The notes under the pieces are model-generated. The model searched no databases and was not told where the DNA came from. It saw only the letters and a program-made list of their open reading frames with translations. From positions 3,162,001 to 3,226,000 of the forward strand of contig OX442314.1 in assembly GCA_949358305.1 (NCBI GenBank): DNA of 64,000 nt. Direction: 5' to 3'. Positions 11,949-23,382 of this stretch are shown piece by piece. The position numbers and the translations under genes were made by a program. The stretch comes from Strigamia acuminata. Taxonomy: Eukaryota. The first letter of the stretch is position 1, and each line of letters opens with the position of its first letter.

Positions 11949-12466
11949 TGTAGGTCTAAAGACCACTGATTTTATCGATATTAAGTATTTACAGCTCTCT
12001 TATATCATAATTATCAATCAAACGATTGCTTTTGTTATTATTCGACATTTCTGTTCAATTTGATGCTGTCACGTATGTAATTCCATACAATTCTCTTATT
12101 TATGATATGATTTGTTCTTTTGTTGACCGATATTGTCAATTACTGGCACCAGGGTGCCATATGTATTAACTTTACTTATCCAACATGGCGCTACACACGG
12201 GCGTCTGTAGCTCAACTTCTTTATCCAGTTATGGACTCAAATGTAATGTATTTTCCAATATTAAATTGTTTTTATTATTTTAATTCATTGTGTCCACTTT
12301 AAAGCACATTAGGTGCTATTAGTTTGCGCATATAAGCGGCAATTTCCGCGCGCCCGTATCGCATTCAAACGACACGTCGTCGTTACGTCCGTGCGAGTAG
12401 CACGGCCCCGTTTCTCCACGCTTCCCGGCGATATATCGCCGATATTTTGCGCACAACTCTGCTACA
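11949..12466 (+). repeat. Copia-C 5' LTR
   Basis: TGTAGG...CTACA; direct repeat of 37423-37940; followed by the PBS. Confidence 0.97.
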
Positions 12467-13362
12467 TTGGTAGCAGAGGATGGTTGCTACTTGTTACGAA
12501 TTATTTCCGCCTAATTATCGACGCAGTTCGCGCGAAATTCGCGAATTTGCGGCGACATTTATATTTTCAGATCGCGTCCGCCATTTTGGATCCGATTTTC
12601 GTCTCGACGACGTCGCCGACGTCCCACAGACGTTCTGTAGAAGTCCGTGCTGCTTCCCACTCAATTCTGCGTCTAATTTCGATCAAAATTCCGCGGTCTC
12701 GCGAATTTTGTGTCGAATTTTCTTTTTATTTTCAGTTTTTGACGATTTGCGATTCGACAACGTCGAAACAACCATTTTCACCGAGAAACGAGACGATTCT
12801 CGCTGTGTCATACCCCGGTGTATGCACAGTATCGACAATTTTGATTTATTTACGTCGATTTTGCACTTTTCTTGCGAAGAGCCTCATTTTATGAGAAGAA
12901 TTTGGACTTTCGAGTCCAAATTGCGCTTTTTCTCCGGTTTTTTCGAGAGAAACCGCGCCGTGCCCTCATTTGCACGAGGACTGCAGCCGCAGTTGATTCA
13001 TCTATTTCTCCTATTTTCGCAATTACCTTTGTTAATATTAAGTGGGGATTTTGGTGGGTCATTTAGAATCCTTGGTGCCCTACGCTCGATTCCGAGCACC
13101 GCGCCATTGTATTCCGTGATAAGGCTGAGCCCTGCGCCACCTGACACTCCCGCGATCCTAGGTGATCACAAAGGACGTCAGGGGGACACTTATCACGGGT
13201 TATCAGGCAATTGTAGCATTGCCTCCCAACTCTGGTCTTTCCGCCTCGAACCTCAAGTGCTAGTGAAGTGCGACAGTTCAGTGCTCCAATTCAGTGCCTT
13301 TCGCCTGTGCCATTCTCTGAGCCTTTGTGTTTTCTGCGTTGTGTTTTGTGCTTCGTCCAACG

Positions 13363-15465
13363 ATGCAGAAAGCAGCCAATTCATCGGGCGGTCTAATTCC
13401 CGTCCTAGGAGTCAGGAATTATGAACAGTGGCAGAGAGCAATGCGTATGTTGCTCAAGTCCGAAGGCTTTTGGAGGCACGTGACTGAAGAAAAAGAAGCG
13501 GAACATCTCGCCACTTTAACGGTCAAGGAAACCGAAAGATATATGACTAAAAAGGAGAAGGCGCTCGGACATATATATATTTATGTTAGTGAAGGTAAAC
13601 GTTCGGTTCTCGACAATTGTGATACGCCGAAACAGGCGTGGGACACGCTAGCCAAAATATATGCGCCAAGTTCCAGGGCACGTCAAGCGTCCATGCGCTG
13701 GGAGTTTTTGAGCTTGCATCTTGAGCCCAACGAGGACATGCCCGATTTCATTGCCCGTGTTGACAACTACGCTCGTCAATTACGTGATGTCGGCGAAACT
13801 GTTACGGAAATTCATCAAGCGTACCAGTATTTGAAGTGTTTGCCGCCTGAGTACGCGCAAGCCACGTTCGCTATTTACCATTGGCCAGATCCTCAATTTA
13901 CGCCCACTTTAGTAGCCGAACAATTAATTTCCGAACATCTACGCTTGAAATCATCTGGATTACTTGGGACAGTTTCATCAACGGCTCACGCTTCAGCGAA
14001 GGGACAATTTCGACAGCGTAATAAATCTGGTCCTCGTGATTTATCAAACGTCAAATGTTTTAACTGCGACCAGTTGGGGCACTATGCCAATCGATGTCCG
14101 CTCCCACGCCGTCAAAGTCAGGGCCAACCAACGGCTTCATTTCAACGCACGTCCCGTAGCAAGAGTCGCAGGCGTAATAAAAACGCTGCTACGAAATCTA
14201 ACCCCAACCGACCACGCGAGAGTTCACATCCGCACCGAGAGGGGACATTTTTCGTCAATGCACCACAGGTCATTCATCCACCAGCTGTCCATTTCATGCA
14301 ATCCAATGAATGGATAGTAGATTGTGGTGCAACGGACCATGTATCCCACGTACGCGCATGGTTTACCGATTTCACTGACGTCATTCCTTTCGACATCGAG
14401 TTGGGGCAGGGCAAGTCCCAAGTTACGGGCAAAGGAACAGTTCGACTTCTCACCGCAATTGACAAGGCCCGATGTGTTGTTAATTTAACGAATGTTCTCT
14501 ACGCGCCGAATTTTGAAGCAAATTTGATTTCGGTTTCGAAGATTGATAAGACTCGTCATCACACGCACATCTTTAACGGTGAAATTCACGTGTATCAAAC
14601 GGACATTCGTAGCCCTCTGATTCGTGCGAAAGAAAGAGGTGGTCTATATTACGTGGACGGCTTGTGTTCTACACCGACACTTGCGACGACAGTTTTTACG
14701 ACAATTCCACCGACCACTCCACCGGTCCAAACATTTGTAACGACCGAAGAGGACTTTATTAAGATTCCGAAACAGAAGAAGGGGAACAGACCGATCACGG
14801 ATTTTCGGATAGAGATGCCGATTGTTGAGAAGTTGAAGCAAACTCCCATCCAACAAGCTCCTATCCCAGTCAATCCGATCCCTCCTCCTGTTCCTACACT
14901 CACACACACTCTCACCAACCCGCCTACTCTTCCGTCATATTCAAATGCATTGCAATCAATTCCAACCGTGAACGCCTTCCCTCCGCTTGGCAGCAATTTA
15001 CAATCTCAAAAGAAAGTCATCGCGAATCCGGCTTCTGTCAAAGATGCCACTGGTTTGTGGCATAGCCGATTAGGACATCTCCACACCAACGCGATGAAGC
15101 TATTAGCTGCTAATGATCAAGTATACGGTATGGAACCAGCGGAAGTGAGTCGGGAACTAGCCTGTAATGACTGCCGAATCGCAAAGTCTACGAGGGCATC
15201 GCACAAACCAGATCCAAATCCTTCTACTTCTAAGCCATTGGACCTCCTTCACATGGACGTCTGGGGACCGGCCCCCGTCCCATCATTTGGAGGAGCGCGT
15301 TTTGTACTCACTATCATAGACGACGCCACCCGTTATTGTTGGATTATTCCATTGGCTCAGAAATCTCAAGTTTTCGCATCTTTCAAGGACTTTGTTGCAA
15401 GGGTTGAGCGGATACAAGAAACGAGCGTCAAAGCCATACGTACTGATCGAGGCGGTGAATTTTTA
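13363..15465 (+). CDS. gag-pol: Copia gag-pol polyprotein, N-terminal part (gag, CCHC knuckle, protease, GAG-pre-integrase, first half of integrase core), split by element A
   Basis: NYEQWQRAM, CFNCDQLGHYANRC, WIVDCGATDH, WHSRLGH, LLHMDVWGP, IRTDRGGEF. Confidence 0.95.
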
Positions 15466-17376
15466 TATGACGGTTTACAATGGCTATAAATGCCTATTTT
15501 CTATCAAGAAAGCGCTGTTGCGCCAATATGATGGTATTTTTACAATATTCTGTGTAAAACTGATAAATGTCTAGAATAAAGTCATTTATGATGTTTCAAA
15601 TACAAAGATGTTCGTTTATTAAGAATAAACACTAATTTCCACATGATACTAAAGTATCACGGCATAATTACGAAGATTCGTCTGCTAAAACCCGCATTTG
15701 TCAATGCTCCATATTGCCACTAGATGGCGCGATCGCAATTAGCGATAAATTCGAATACGAACTTGAAAACCTCATGATTAAATATAAACGTATATTTAAT
15801 CAAGTGAATAAATTGTGTTAAATATTAATATAAATATATATTAAATATCTGACATTGTTAAATACAATGTAACTTCCATTTCTGCGGGACAGAATGTTTA
15901 GCGATCAATCGGTCAACCGATCAATCTGATTGGTGGAACCCATTTCCGGTCCTGGGTATCCAGTTCCGGTTGTAACAAGGATTAGCATAATTTGCATAAA
16001 TGCTCCTCCGTATCCACTTCCGGTGATACGGGATTGGAGGGATTCGTGGAACCCATGTTCCAATTGGATAACTGGATTAATCCTTAATCCAGTCAGGTTA
16101 TATAAACCCAAACAACCGGCCATTCTGCAGCTCTGTTTGATTATTTCTGTTTGGTATTGTTACTTAAGAAGTATGATTCGTTGTTCACGTAAAAAACCTT
16201 TTGGTTCTTTGTTGATTTATTCGCAAAGAACCGTTGCATGATTCTACAGAATCATGCCACCGCCGGCAATTGAAGTCGAAGTGCTGGGATTATTATGTTG
16301 CATAAATGTTACAGTCTACGGTTGCGACGCCGAAGGAGAACCCGCCGTTGTGCAATTCAGTATCCTCCGGACAGGACCAAGTTGTCTTTTTCGGTATGAA
16401 CGTATTCCGTTACCACGAGTAGCATCGGTATTGTTGAGAATCGGTTCCTTCACCTGATGGTGCCAAAGCAGTCTGTTTTACAGTAACCACGAGTAGCACC
16501 AAGTGTTTGGCAAGCTGATTCTCATGGTATTCGATGCCAAAGCAGTCGGTCTATTATTAGTACCGCGAGAGATAAAACTGCTGTGCGGAGCCGCGAGCTA
16601 TCGACCCCTGTGTACGTGGTACCGTCAACCACTCGATGGACGACCGTGCTGCGACGCCGGGGACGCTTGATACCGTTCTGCATGGCAAGGCGTATATTCT
16701 AATCGATGGCAATTGTGTGTTGCGACGGGAAGCTTAATCTTCATTTTATTTATAACAGCAAAACTTAAACTCGACAACCAGTTGGACCAAAATCAAGTCA
16801 GAAGACTTAATCTCATATTGAACTCAATATAACCGATAAGTTGACGACAACTTATTCCCGAAATATCTAAATAAGAATTCACAACGATATGAATTAAATA
16901 TAATTCATAAGTGGAATATTGATAAGTAAATGAATACATTTACTTACACCAATATCCTCCCAAAGTTGTGGCGGTGCAGACAAAGTCAACCGCAATGCTC
17001 AGATCATTCGATTTATCGACGTGCGATAGTTTACACAGCGAACCAAGGAAACCAGCGAAGCCGTATCGGACTCCAGGACACAGCCATCCGGCTTAAGATG
17101 ACATCTATAATCAGGTCGAGCGATGGGGAAACCGCTCCCATATTCCAGACCCGTAGTGATATTATTCTAGGGCCAGTTGGCCAATTCTTTGTATAGTTTA
17201 ATAGCTGATTTAACTTGCCAAATGTCGGCATTAGTCCTATGTATAATTTAGCTCATCCATATTGTTTGCCAACAATAAACTGTCTTGTATTTATCTCGTA
17301 TTGTATTCACTGTTTATTTATTGCGATCTCTTCCCGGTACCATTGTTAAATGGGAGTTGTGGTCGTCACCGTCACA
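15466..17376 (+). repeat. Element A copy 2, 5' LTR (TA-start haplotype)
   Basis: TATGACGGT...ACCGTCACA, followed by CG and the PBS. Confidence 0.95.
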
Positions 17377-17378
17377 CG

Positions 17379-17397
17379 TGGAGGTCCCACCGAGATT
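17379..17397 (+). promoter_or_regulatory. Primer-binding site complementary to the tRNA-Gln 3' end
   Basis: TGGAGGTCCCACCGAGATT is the reverse complement of AATCTCGGTGGGACCT-CCA. It lies 2 bp after the LTR and is repeated at 17614-17632. Confidence 0.88.
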
Positions 17398-20300
17398 AGG
17401 TTGCAATTAAATTCGATTGAATTGCAACAGTGAATATTGGAGATAAATATTTAACTAAAAGATTTAAGTTAAAAATAGACAGATTAAATTTTCAGTTTAT
17501 ATTTCCATGTGAAGAAGTTAAACTGATGAAATAGAAATACGTAGTAGATTTTCCTTCATTATTTTCGTTTGAAGATTTTAGGGATTTCAAAGACTACCAC
17601 CTAATCTCACACGTGGAGGTCCCACCGAGATTAGGTTGCAATTAAATTCGATAGAATTGTAAAAGTGAATTTTGAGATAAATATTTAACTAAAAGATTTA
17701 GTTAAAAAACAGACAAGTTTCAAACCATGTTTATTTTCTTGAGAAACACCAAAACAGTCCTTTAACTAGGAATTTCGGAAGTTATAGACCTATCACACGA
17801 TCACTGAAATAGGTTGCAAATTAATTCGATCGAATTGCAAAAGCGAATCTTGAATCCGATATTAACTAAAAAATTTTAGTTAAAACAGACAAATAGATTT
17901 TCAGTTTATATTTTCATGTGAAAAGTTAAACTGACGAAATGGAAACGTTTAGTGAACTCTCTTTACTATTTTCGTTCGACAATTTAAGGAATACGAAGTA
18001 TTTTAAATAAGAAATCAAAAAAGTTTCGAGTGAAATAAGAATACAGATATTTTTTTTCGAAGTTTGTTTTATTTCGAAAAGCTAAAAACATACAAGTTTA
18101 GAAGGCGGACTTCTTACGAATTTATCTTTCCACCTGAAAAGTTAAAACGAAGAAAACACCGCAACTATTTGGAAATATTTACAAGAAATTAAGTTTCTTG
18201 TAACTGTACGTCGACACCGATAGCCAGCGACCACGCGCCATAGCAATACGCGTCGATCTCCGTATCAAACGCAGCAGGGAAGCTACTCAAACCTTCAACG
18301 CAAGGTGCGAACGAATGCTTGGAAATTATGGCGGACAACAGATAAAAGACAGCAGAGAAATGTTACAGAAGGTTCGTAGAGATTTATTTAAGTGTCGCGA
18401 ACTAATTTTTCCACTGCCATCGGTACCAAAGATAATTTAGTTGTTGGAGAAAAACAACACACTCCATTTCGCAGAAAAGATTTGCAAATCGAAATGAATA
18501 TTACCTTTATTTGAAGGAATTAACTATTTTCACAAAAAGGAAAATTTTTCCTTCGGGACAATGGAAATTAAGAAAATATAAAATGGCGGCGAATGAAGTT
18601 GCCGACCACGTAGAATAGTATTTTTTACATTGAAAGTTACGAATCACGATAAACGCTTTCCCTCGGAAAAGTAAAAGGATTTCATTCAATCTTTCCTTTC
18701 GGAAATTTAACAGTGTTTTAAGTTTCCAACGATATTTGGGTCTCCCAAATTTTGAGAATTTCTAAATGAAATTTAGCTGTTTGAAAAACAACGAATATTT
18801 TTAGTAATCTAATCGGACATTTTCCCACATGATTTCTTAAAACCGGAATAACAAATCCATTTGTGGCTATGAACTTTGCCACATGAAATATTTACGGAGC
18901 GAATATTTTTTGATTGGATTGAAGCTTTAAAATCAGATAGCTGATTTAAACGAAGAAAATAAGTTTCAAAGTAATTATTTTTCTTTCGGAAAAATCAAAT
19001 AAATCACCGCTGATGAAAAGTTGTATTTTTCCATTCGAAAAAACTAAGAATTGCACAAGATTTATCTTCTATTTTGAACATAGATTTTATTCGGAAAAGG
19101 AAAGATTCTAGATACATTATTTTTCTCTAAAAATTAAGAATTTAGTCAATTTTCCTAAAGGTTAATGGAATGTCATCATATATTTCGTTCGTAATTTACG
19201 TGTTAAAGTTTAATCAGAAAAACGATTGAATATGTTTTATTTGCGATAAGTAAAAGAAAGGTTCTTTAAAAATGGAATTTCGATGCAAATCCCACAGTAA
19301 AGGGAATGTTATGTGTGAGCAATTAACGAAAAGTTGGAATAACTTCATTTTATTTCATTCAAAAGTAGTTGTGAAAAATCAATTTCAAATATTTTTCAAA
19401 GAAAAATTATTTTTATCGGAAAAAAGTAATTTACATGTCCTCGCGCGGACCGAGTAGTAAACTGCTTAATTGTGACATCGATACTGTTATTGTGTCACGT
19501 GTTATACGGAATTCCAAACCAGTGAATTACGAATTTTGGCGCGATAGGAATAGAAGTTTGACAGTGAAAGTTCTCCAGATTTGTCTTTTCATTTGAAAAG
19601 TTCAAATTGAGGAAATGCTGCAGCAGATGAAGGTATTTACGACAATTGAGATTTAAATATTCTTTCATTCAAAAGATAAAAGATCTCTGCAAAAACATCT
19701 CGTTATTAGAGATAAGGGGGACGAAAATTATTAAAACGAATAATCAAAGACACGTCCTTCGTAAATATCGCAAAGGAATAACTAATTGTGAAAACAATTG
19801 TCCGCTCAGGAAAAGTGGAATTTAGCTAGATATTTTCTTTCGAAAAATCAAAGCAATTGTCATCAAAAAAGAAAGATTTGATGAATAATTTTTACCCAAA
19901 AGTCTAAAGGATTGTCGAATAGTTTTCTCCCGAAAAACAAGTACACATTTGTACCAATAACTTTATCGTTTAAAGTAAAATTTCGAATATTTTCTTTTGG
20001 AAGATTAGAGAATTAGATAATTTTTCTCGCAAAACAAATTTAAAGAATTTTAACGAATTTTTATTTGTTAAAAAAATTTGTTAAAAAAGGGGGAGATGGA
20101 TGGTGAAAATTTATTTTTTCACACTCGAAAAATGGAATTTAAACCCGAAAAAGTAAAGACTTGGTCAAATTATTCTTCCTATTGGAAATGAATACACAAT
20201 GTTGGGAATCGAAAATAGATTTCAATTACAAAGGAATGATTATTTGAACGATAATTGAATAAGAATAAGAAAAATTGAGAGTTTGAGAAAACTTTATTAA

Positions 20301-20560
20301 AGTTGTGGTTGTAACGATATCACACACTAACGGAATAATTAAAAGAAAAATATTTTTTGAAGAAAAGTTATTTAATTATTTGGATTGGTAAAAATCCCAA
20401 AGTTCAAGAAGATTGAAGTAAGTTTATTTTATTTTCATTTGAAAAATACAATATTTTACGAATGTCTTCCCGAAGGAATTTTATTTTATCGGTAAAATTG
20501 AATCTCGAAGGGAACGGACTTAGTAGAGAACTACTAAATAGATGTAACGTCCTTTATACC

Positions 20561-20658
20561 ATTGGCCGACACTAACATCCGCCAATCAGAAGTTGGGAGA
20601 TCTAGGGATCCCCAGCCCCCTGCTATTAAAGGAGGACCAGATCAGATACTGATCATTC
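20561..20658 (+). promoter_or_regulatory. Putative internal Pol II promoter of the element A ORF
   Basis: ATTGG 20561, CCAAT 20582, TATTAAA 20624 and initiator-like TCATTC 20653 at canonical spacing; GC-richer island in AT-rich DNA, ~250 bp upstream of the ATG. Confidence 0.5.
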
Positions 20659-20900
20659 GCATCCAGACCAGACCAGAAGACGTGTTCCAGAGTCATCTTG
20701 ACCACGCCGTCCCGATTTCAGTCACGATTCGAATTTTGTGTGCCGTGTAACCTGCAAAAGCTAACACGTGTCAAACAAACGCGAAGTTTAATTTTATTTT
20801 GTCAAAAGTAAAGTTTAGAAGTGTTTCTTGTTGAAAAGTGTATTATATTCGTCTTCTTTATAAATTAAAGAATTAAAATCGTCAGATTTTGAATTTTTTT

Positions 20901-22382
20901 ATGGCTCAAAAACCATTGAATATGATCGATCCAAAAGGAAATAATAAGCAGACAAACTTAAATTTAAGTTCTGTACCACTTGGCGATCAAACAGAAAAGA
21001 TTCCCGATCATTTTACTCTGTATTGTAATCGTCATGGACTGGATAAAACCAAGTTTAAAAATATAATCGAAGCTTCAGACTATGTAAAAGCTAGGAACTG
21101 GCGAGATCGTACCCAATCTCAATCTTCACATCAAGATCCAGTACGGAATCCACAAACATACAGCCGAAACTTAGTGAATCAAGATTCTCATACTATGTTT
21201 CAAACATCCAGTAGGGGATCTAAGTTAGAAAAGTTTAAACCACCTAATTCGGTAGATAAGGGGGAAGAGAATTATAAACCTAATAATTCTCGTCCAGAGA
21301 GTTCGTTAACTAACCAGTCGGTTGTTCAGAACAAATTAAAACTCGTTTACAATCGAGATCAGCTAATTTCAGTTCGATATGCTAATCCAGCTGAAGCACA
21401 ACGATATGTGGCTAGCCTTAATCTGTCGATTAACCTACCGCTATCAAAAGAATTGGGAACCGTAAACAAAAGTTTTGGGCCACCAATATCAACGCAAAGG
21501 AAAGATATTCGGACTCCAAACAAACATTTGCAGTCAAATAACGTACAACAACGTGCCCGATCGCCGATCACAAACTCATGTTTGCGGACGTATGATTTGT
21601 CTACCAAGAAGAGTCCCCAGCCAAGACAATTCTACCTAACGCCCATTTCAAATCGAAAAAAGGTCAAGCAAACTTTTCCCTTGAAAAAGTATTACCAACA
21701 CGATAATGAGAATGATTTTAAACCTAAAAAAGAAAGTTTTTTGACTAACCCACGGGAGATCCGGTATCAATTCGAACAGTATTGTAAACAATACCAGTTA
21801 AATTCAGCTGAATTTAAAAATATAAACGAAGCGCAACAATTCGTATTTCGAAATCAATACCGTAACCAACGACTAAAACCCGTCCCAGTCGTCAATCTGA
21901 CGGAGATACAACAATTTGCGTCTGGAAAGCAACCCTGCAATATCCAGAATAATTCATCTCAACGAGAGGAATTAAGAACTTCAAAAAAGCGTTTTCGGTC
22001 ACCAAGTCCAGCTGGTGATGAAGAAACTTCAAGTACAAACCAACATGTTCAAAAACTGACTGAAAACCCAGGTTTCCAATCATCAGTTCCACGACTTAGA
22101 GTCAAATATAGATCCCCTCGTTTGTTGCGGGATTTCACAATTCCAAATATGGGTCCTTTCCACGTATGGTTTTCCAATGAGGGTCCCATTCATGTATGGT
22201 TTTCCAGAGATGACCTAAAACAAAAAGTTGGGTCGTCACGGTCATTTACACTGCCAAGTGAGTACACTGTGTGTAACTGCCCAAAGAAAAAACGTCGAAA
22301 GAAATCAGTACAGCAGGCTGAGAGATCTCGGAAATTTGCAAATATGCGAGCTCAATATTTAGCAAAGAATCATGTTGATTAA
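20901..22382 (+). CDS. Element A cargo protein, 493 aa from first ATG, unknown family; duplicated module and C-terminal NLS-like PKKKRRKK
   Basis: Long intact ORF in very AT-rich DNA, conserved in all copies; no gag, PR, RT, IN or env motif recognised. Confidence 0.75.
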   Translation: MAQKPLNMIDPKGNNKQTNLNLSSVPLGDQTEKIPDHFTLYCNRHGLDKTKFKNIIEASDYVKARNWRDRTQSQSSHQDPVRNPQTYSRNLVNQDSHTMFQTSSRGSKLEKFKPPNSVDKGEENYKPNNSRPESSLTNQSVVQNKLKLVYNRDQLISVRYANPAEAQRYVASLNLSINLPLSKELGTVNKSFGPPISTQRKDIRTPNKHLQSNNVQQRARSPITNSCLRTYDLSTKKSPQPRQFYLTPISNRKKVKQTFPLKKYYQHDNENDFKPKKESFLTNPREIRYQFEQYCKQYQLNSAEFKNINEAQQFVFRNQYRNQRLKPVPVVNLTEIQQFASGKQPCNIQNNSSQREELRTSKKRFRSPSPAGDEETSSTNQHVQKLTENPGFQSSVPRLRVKYRSPRLLRDFTIPNMGPFHVWFSNEGPIHVWFSRDDLKQKVGSSRSFTLPSEYTVCNCPKKKRRKKSVQQAERSRKFANMRAQYLAKNHVD

Positions 22383-23382
22383 CATGATATGATACACAAA
22401 GATTCCCCGATTATAGTGTAAACAGAAAATCCTCTTCTAAAAATCATGACCTCTCTTCTAAAGAAAAGGGGGACAAAATATAAAGTTAAAATTAACAATT
22501 CTCGAAAAGTAATATTACAGTATTAAAAGACAACTAGTTTAAATTAAAATTAGTCAATTGTACAAAGAATACCAAGTGACTCCGGTCATGACAATTAAGG
22601 AGGACATTTTGATTCTTAAATTGTCAACTCTTATCATCTAAAAGCTATTTATTGTATATTTATAGCGATACATCTGACTAGGCATATGAAATAAATATTT
22701 TGTGATAACACAAATGATGATTTTATGTATGACGAAAGTTTCTTCAAAAAGAAGACTTGGAAATAAATTCTGGACTTGAATTTAGGCTATTAGAAAAGAT
22801 TATTTCGGCAGAAATCCAGAACTTAGATAATTCAAGTTAGTTTATGTAAACTCAAATTCGAAATTGGAAGTCACGGTATCTCCAAGATACATCAAGTCCG
22901 AAAATAGCATTTATGCTAATTAGGAGAATAACGAAAACTCTATAAAATATTATATAGTTGTGTTATTAAGGGGGATGTATGACGGTTTACAATGGCTATA
23001 AATGCCTATTTTCTATCAAGAAAGCGCTGTTGCGCCAATATGATGGTATTTTTACAATATTCTGTGTAAAACTGATAAATGTCTAGAATAAAGTCATTTA
23101 TGATGTTTCAAATACAAAGATGTTCGTTTATTAAGAATAAACACTAATTTCCACATGATACTAAAGTATCACGGCATAATTACGAAGATTCGTCTGCTAA
23201 AACCCGCATTTGTCAATGCTCCATATTGCCACTAGATGGCGCGATCGCAATTAGCGATAAATTCGAATACGAACTTGAAAACCTCATGATTAAATATAAA
23301 CGTATATTTAATCAAGTGAATAAATTGTGTTAAATATTAATATAAATATATATTAAATATCTGACATTGTTAAATACAATGT

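Noticed and set aside
11142..12063. Long repetitive ORFs (PGSSRST, NRGSTDS, EPGVDRL etc.), also at 37787-43088
   Set aside because: The 21-bp unit has no stop in any of the six frames, so the ORFs are a by-product of the satellite.
12313..13424. 193-aa and 314-aa ORFs in the Copia-C LTR/leader, and the similar 225-aa ORF at 4675-5352
   Set aside because: They overlap the LTR, PBS and GC-rich leader, with no domain and no convincing protein conservation between the two families.
21771..21815. Cargo-protein repeat (FEQYCKQYQL) as an MBD C-terminal helix homolog (IEDYCMLNNI)
   Set aside because: Only the YC and spacing match; the MBD strands and arginines are missing.
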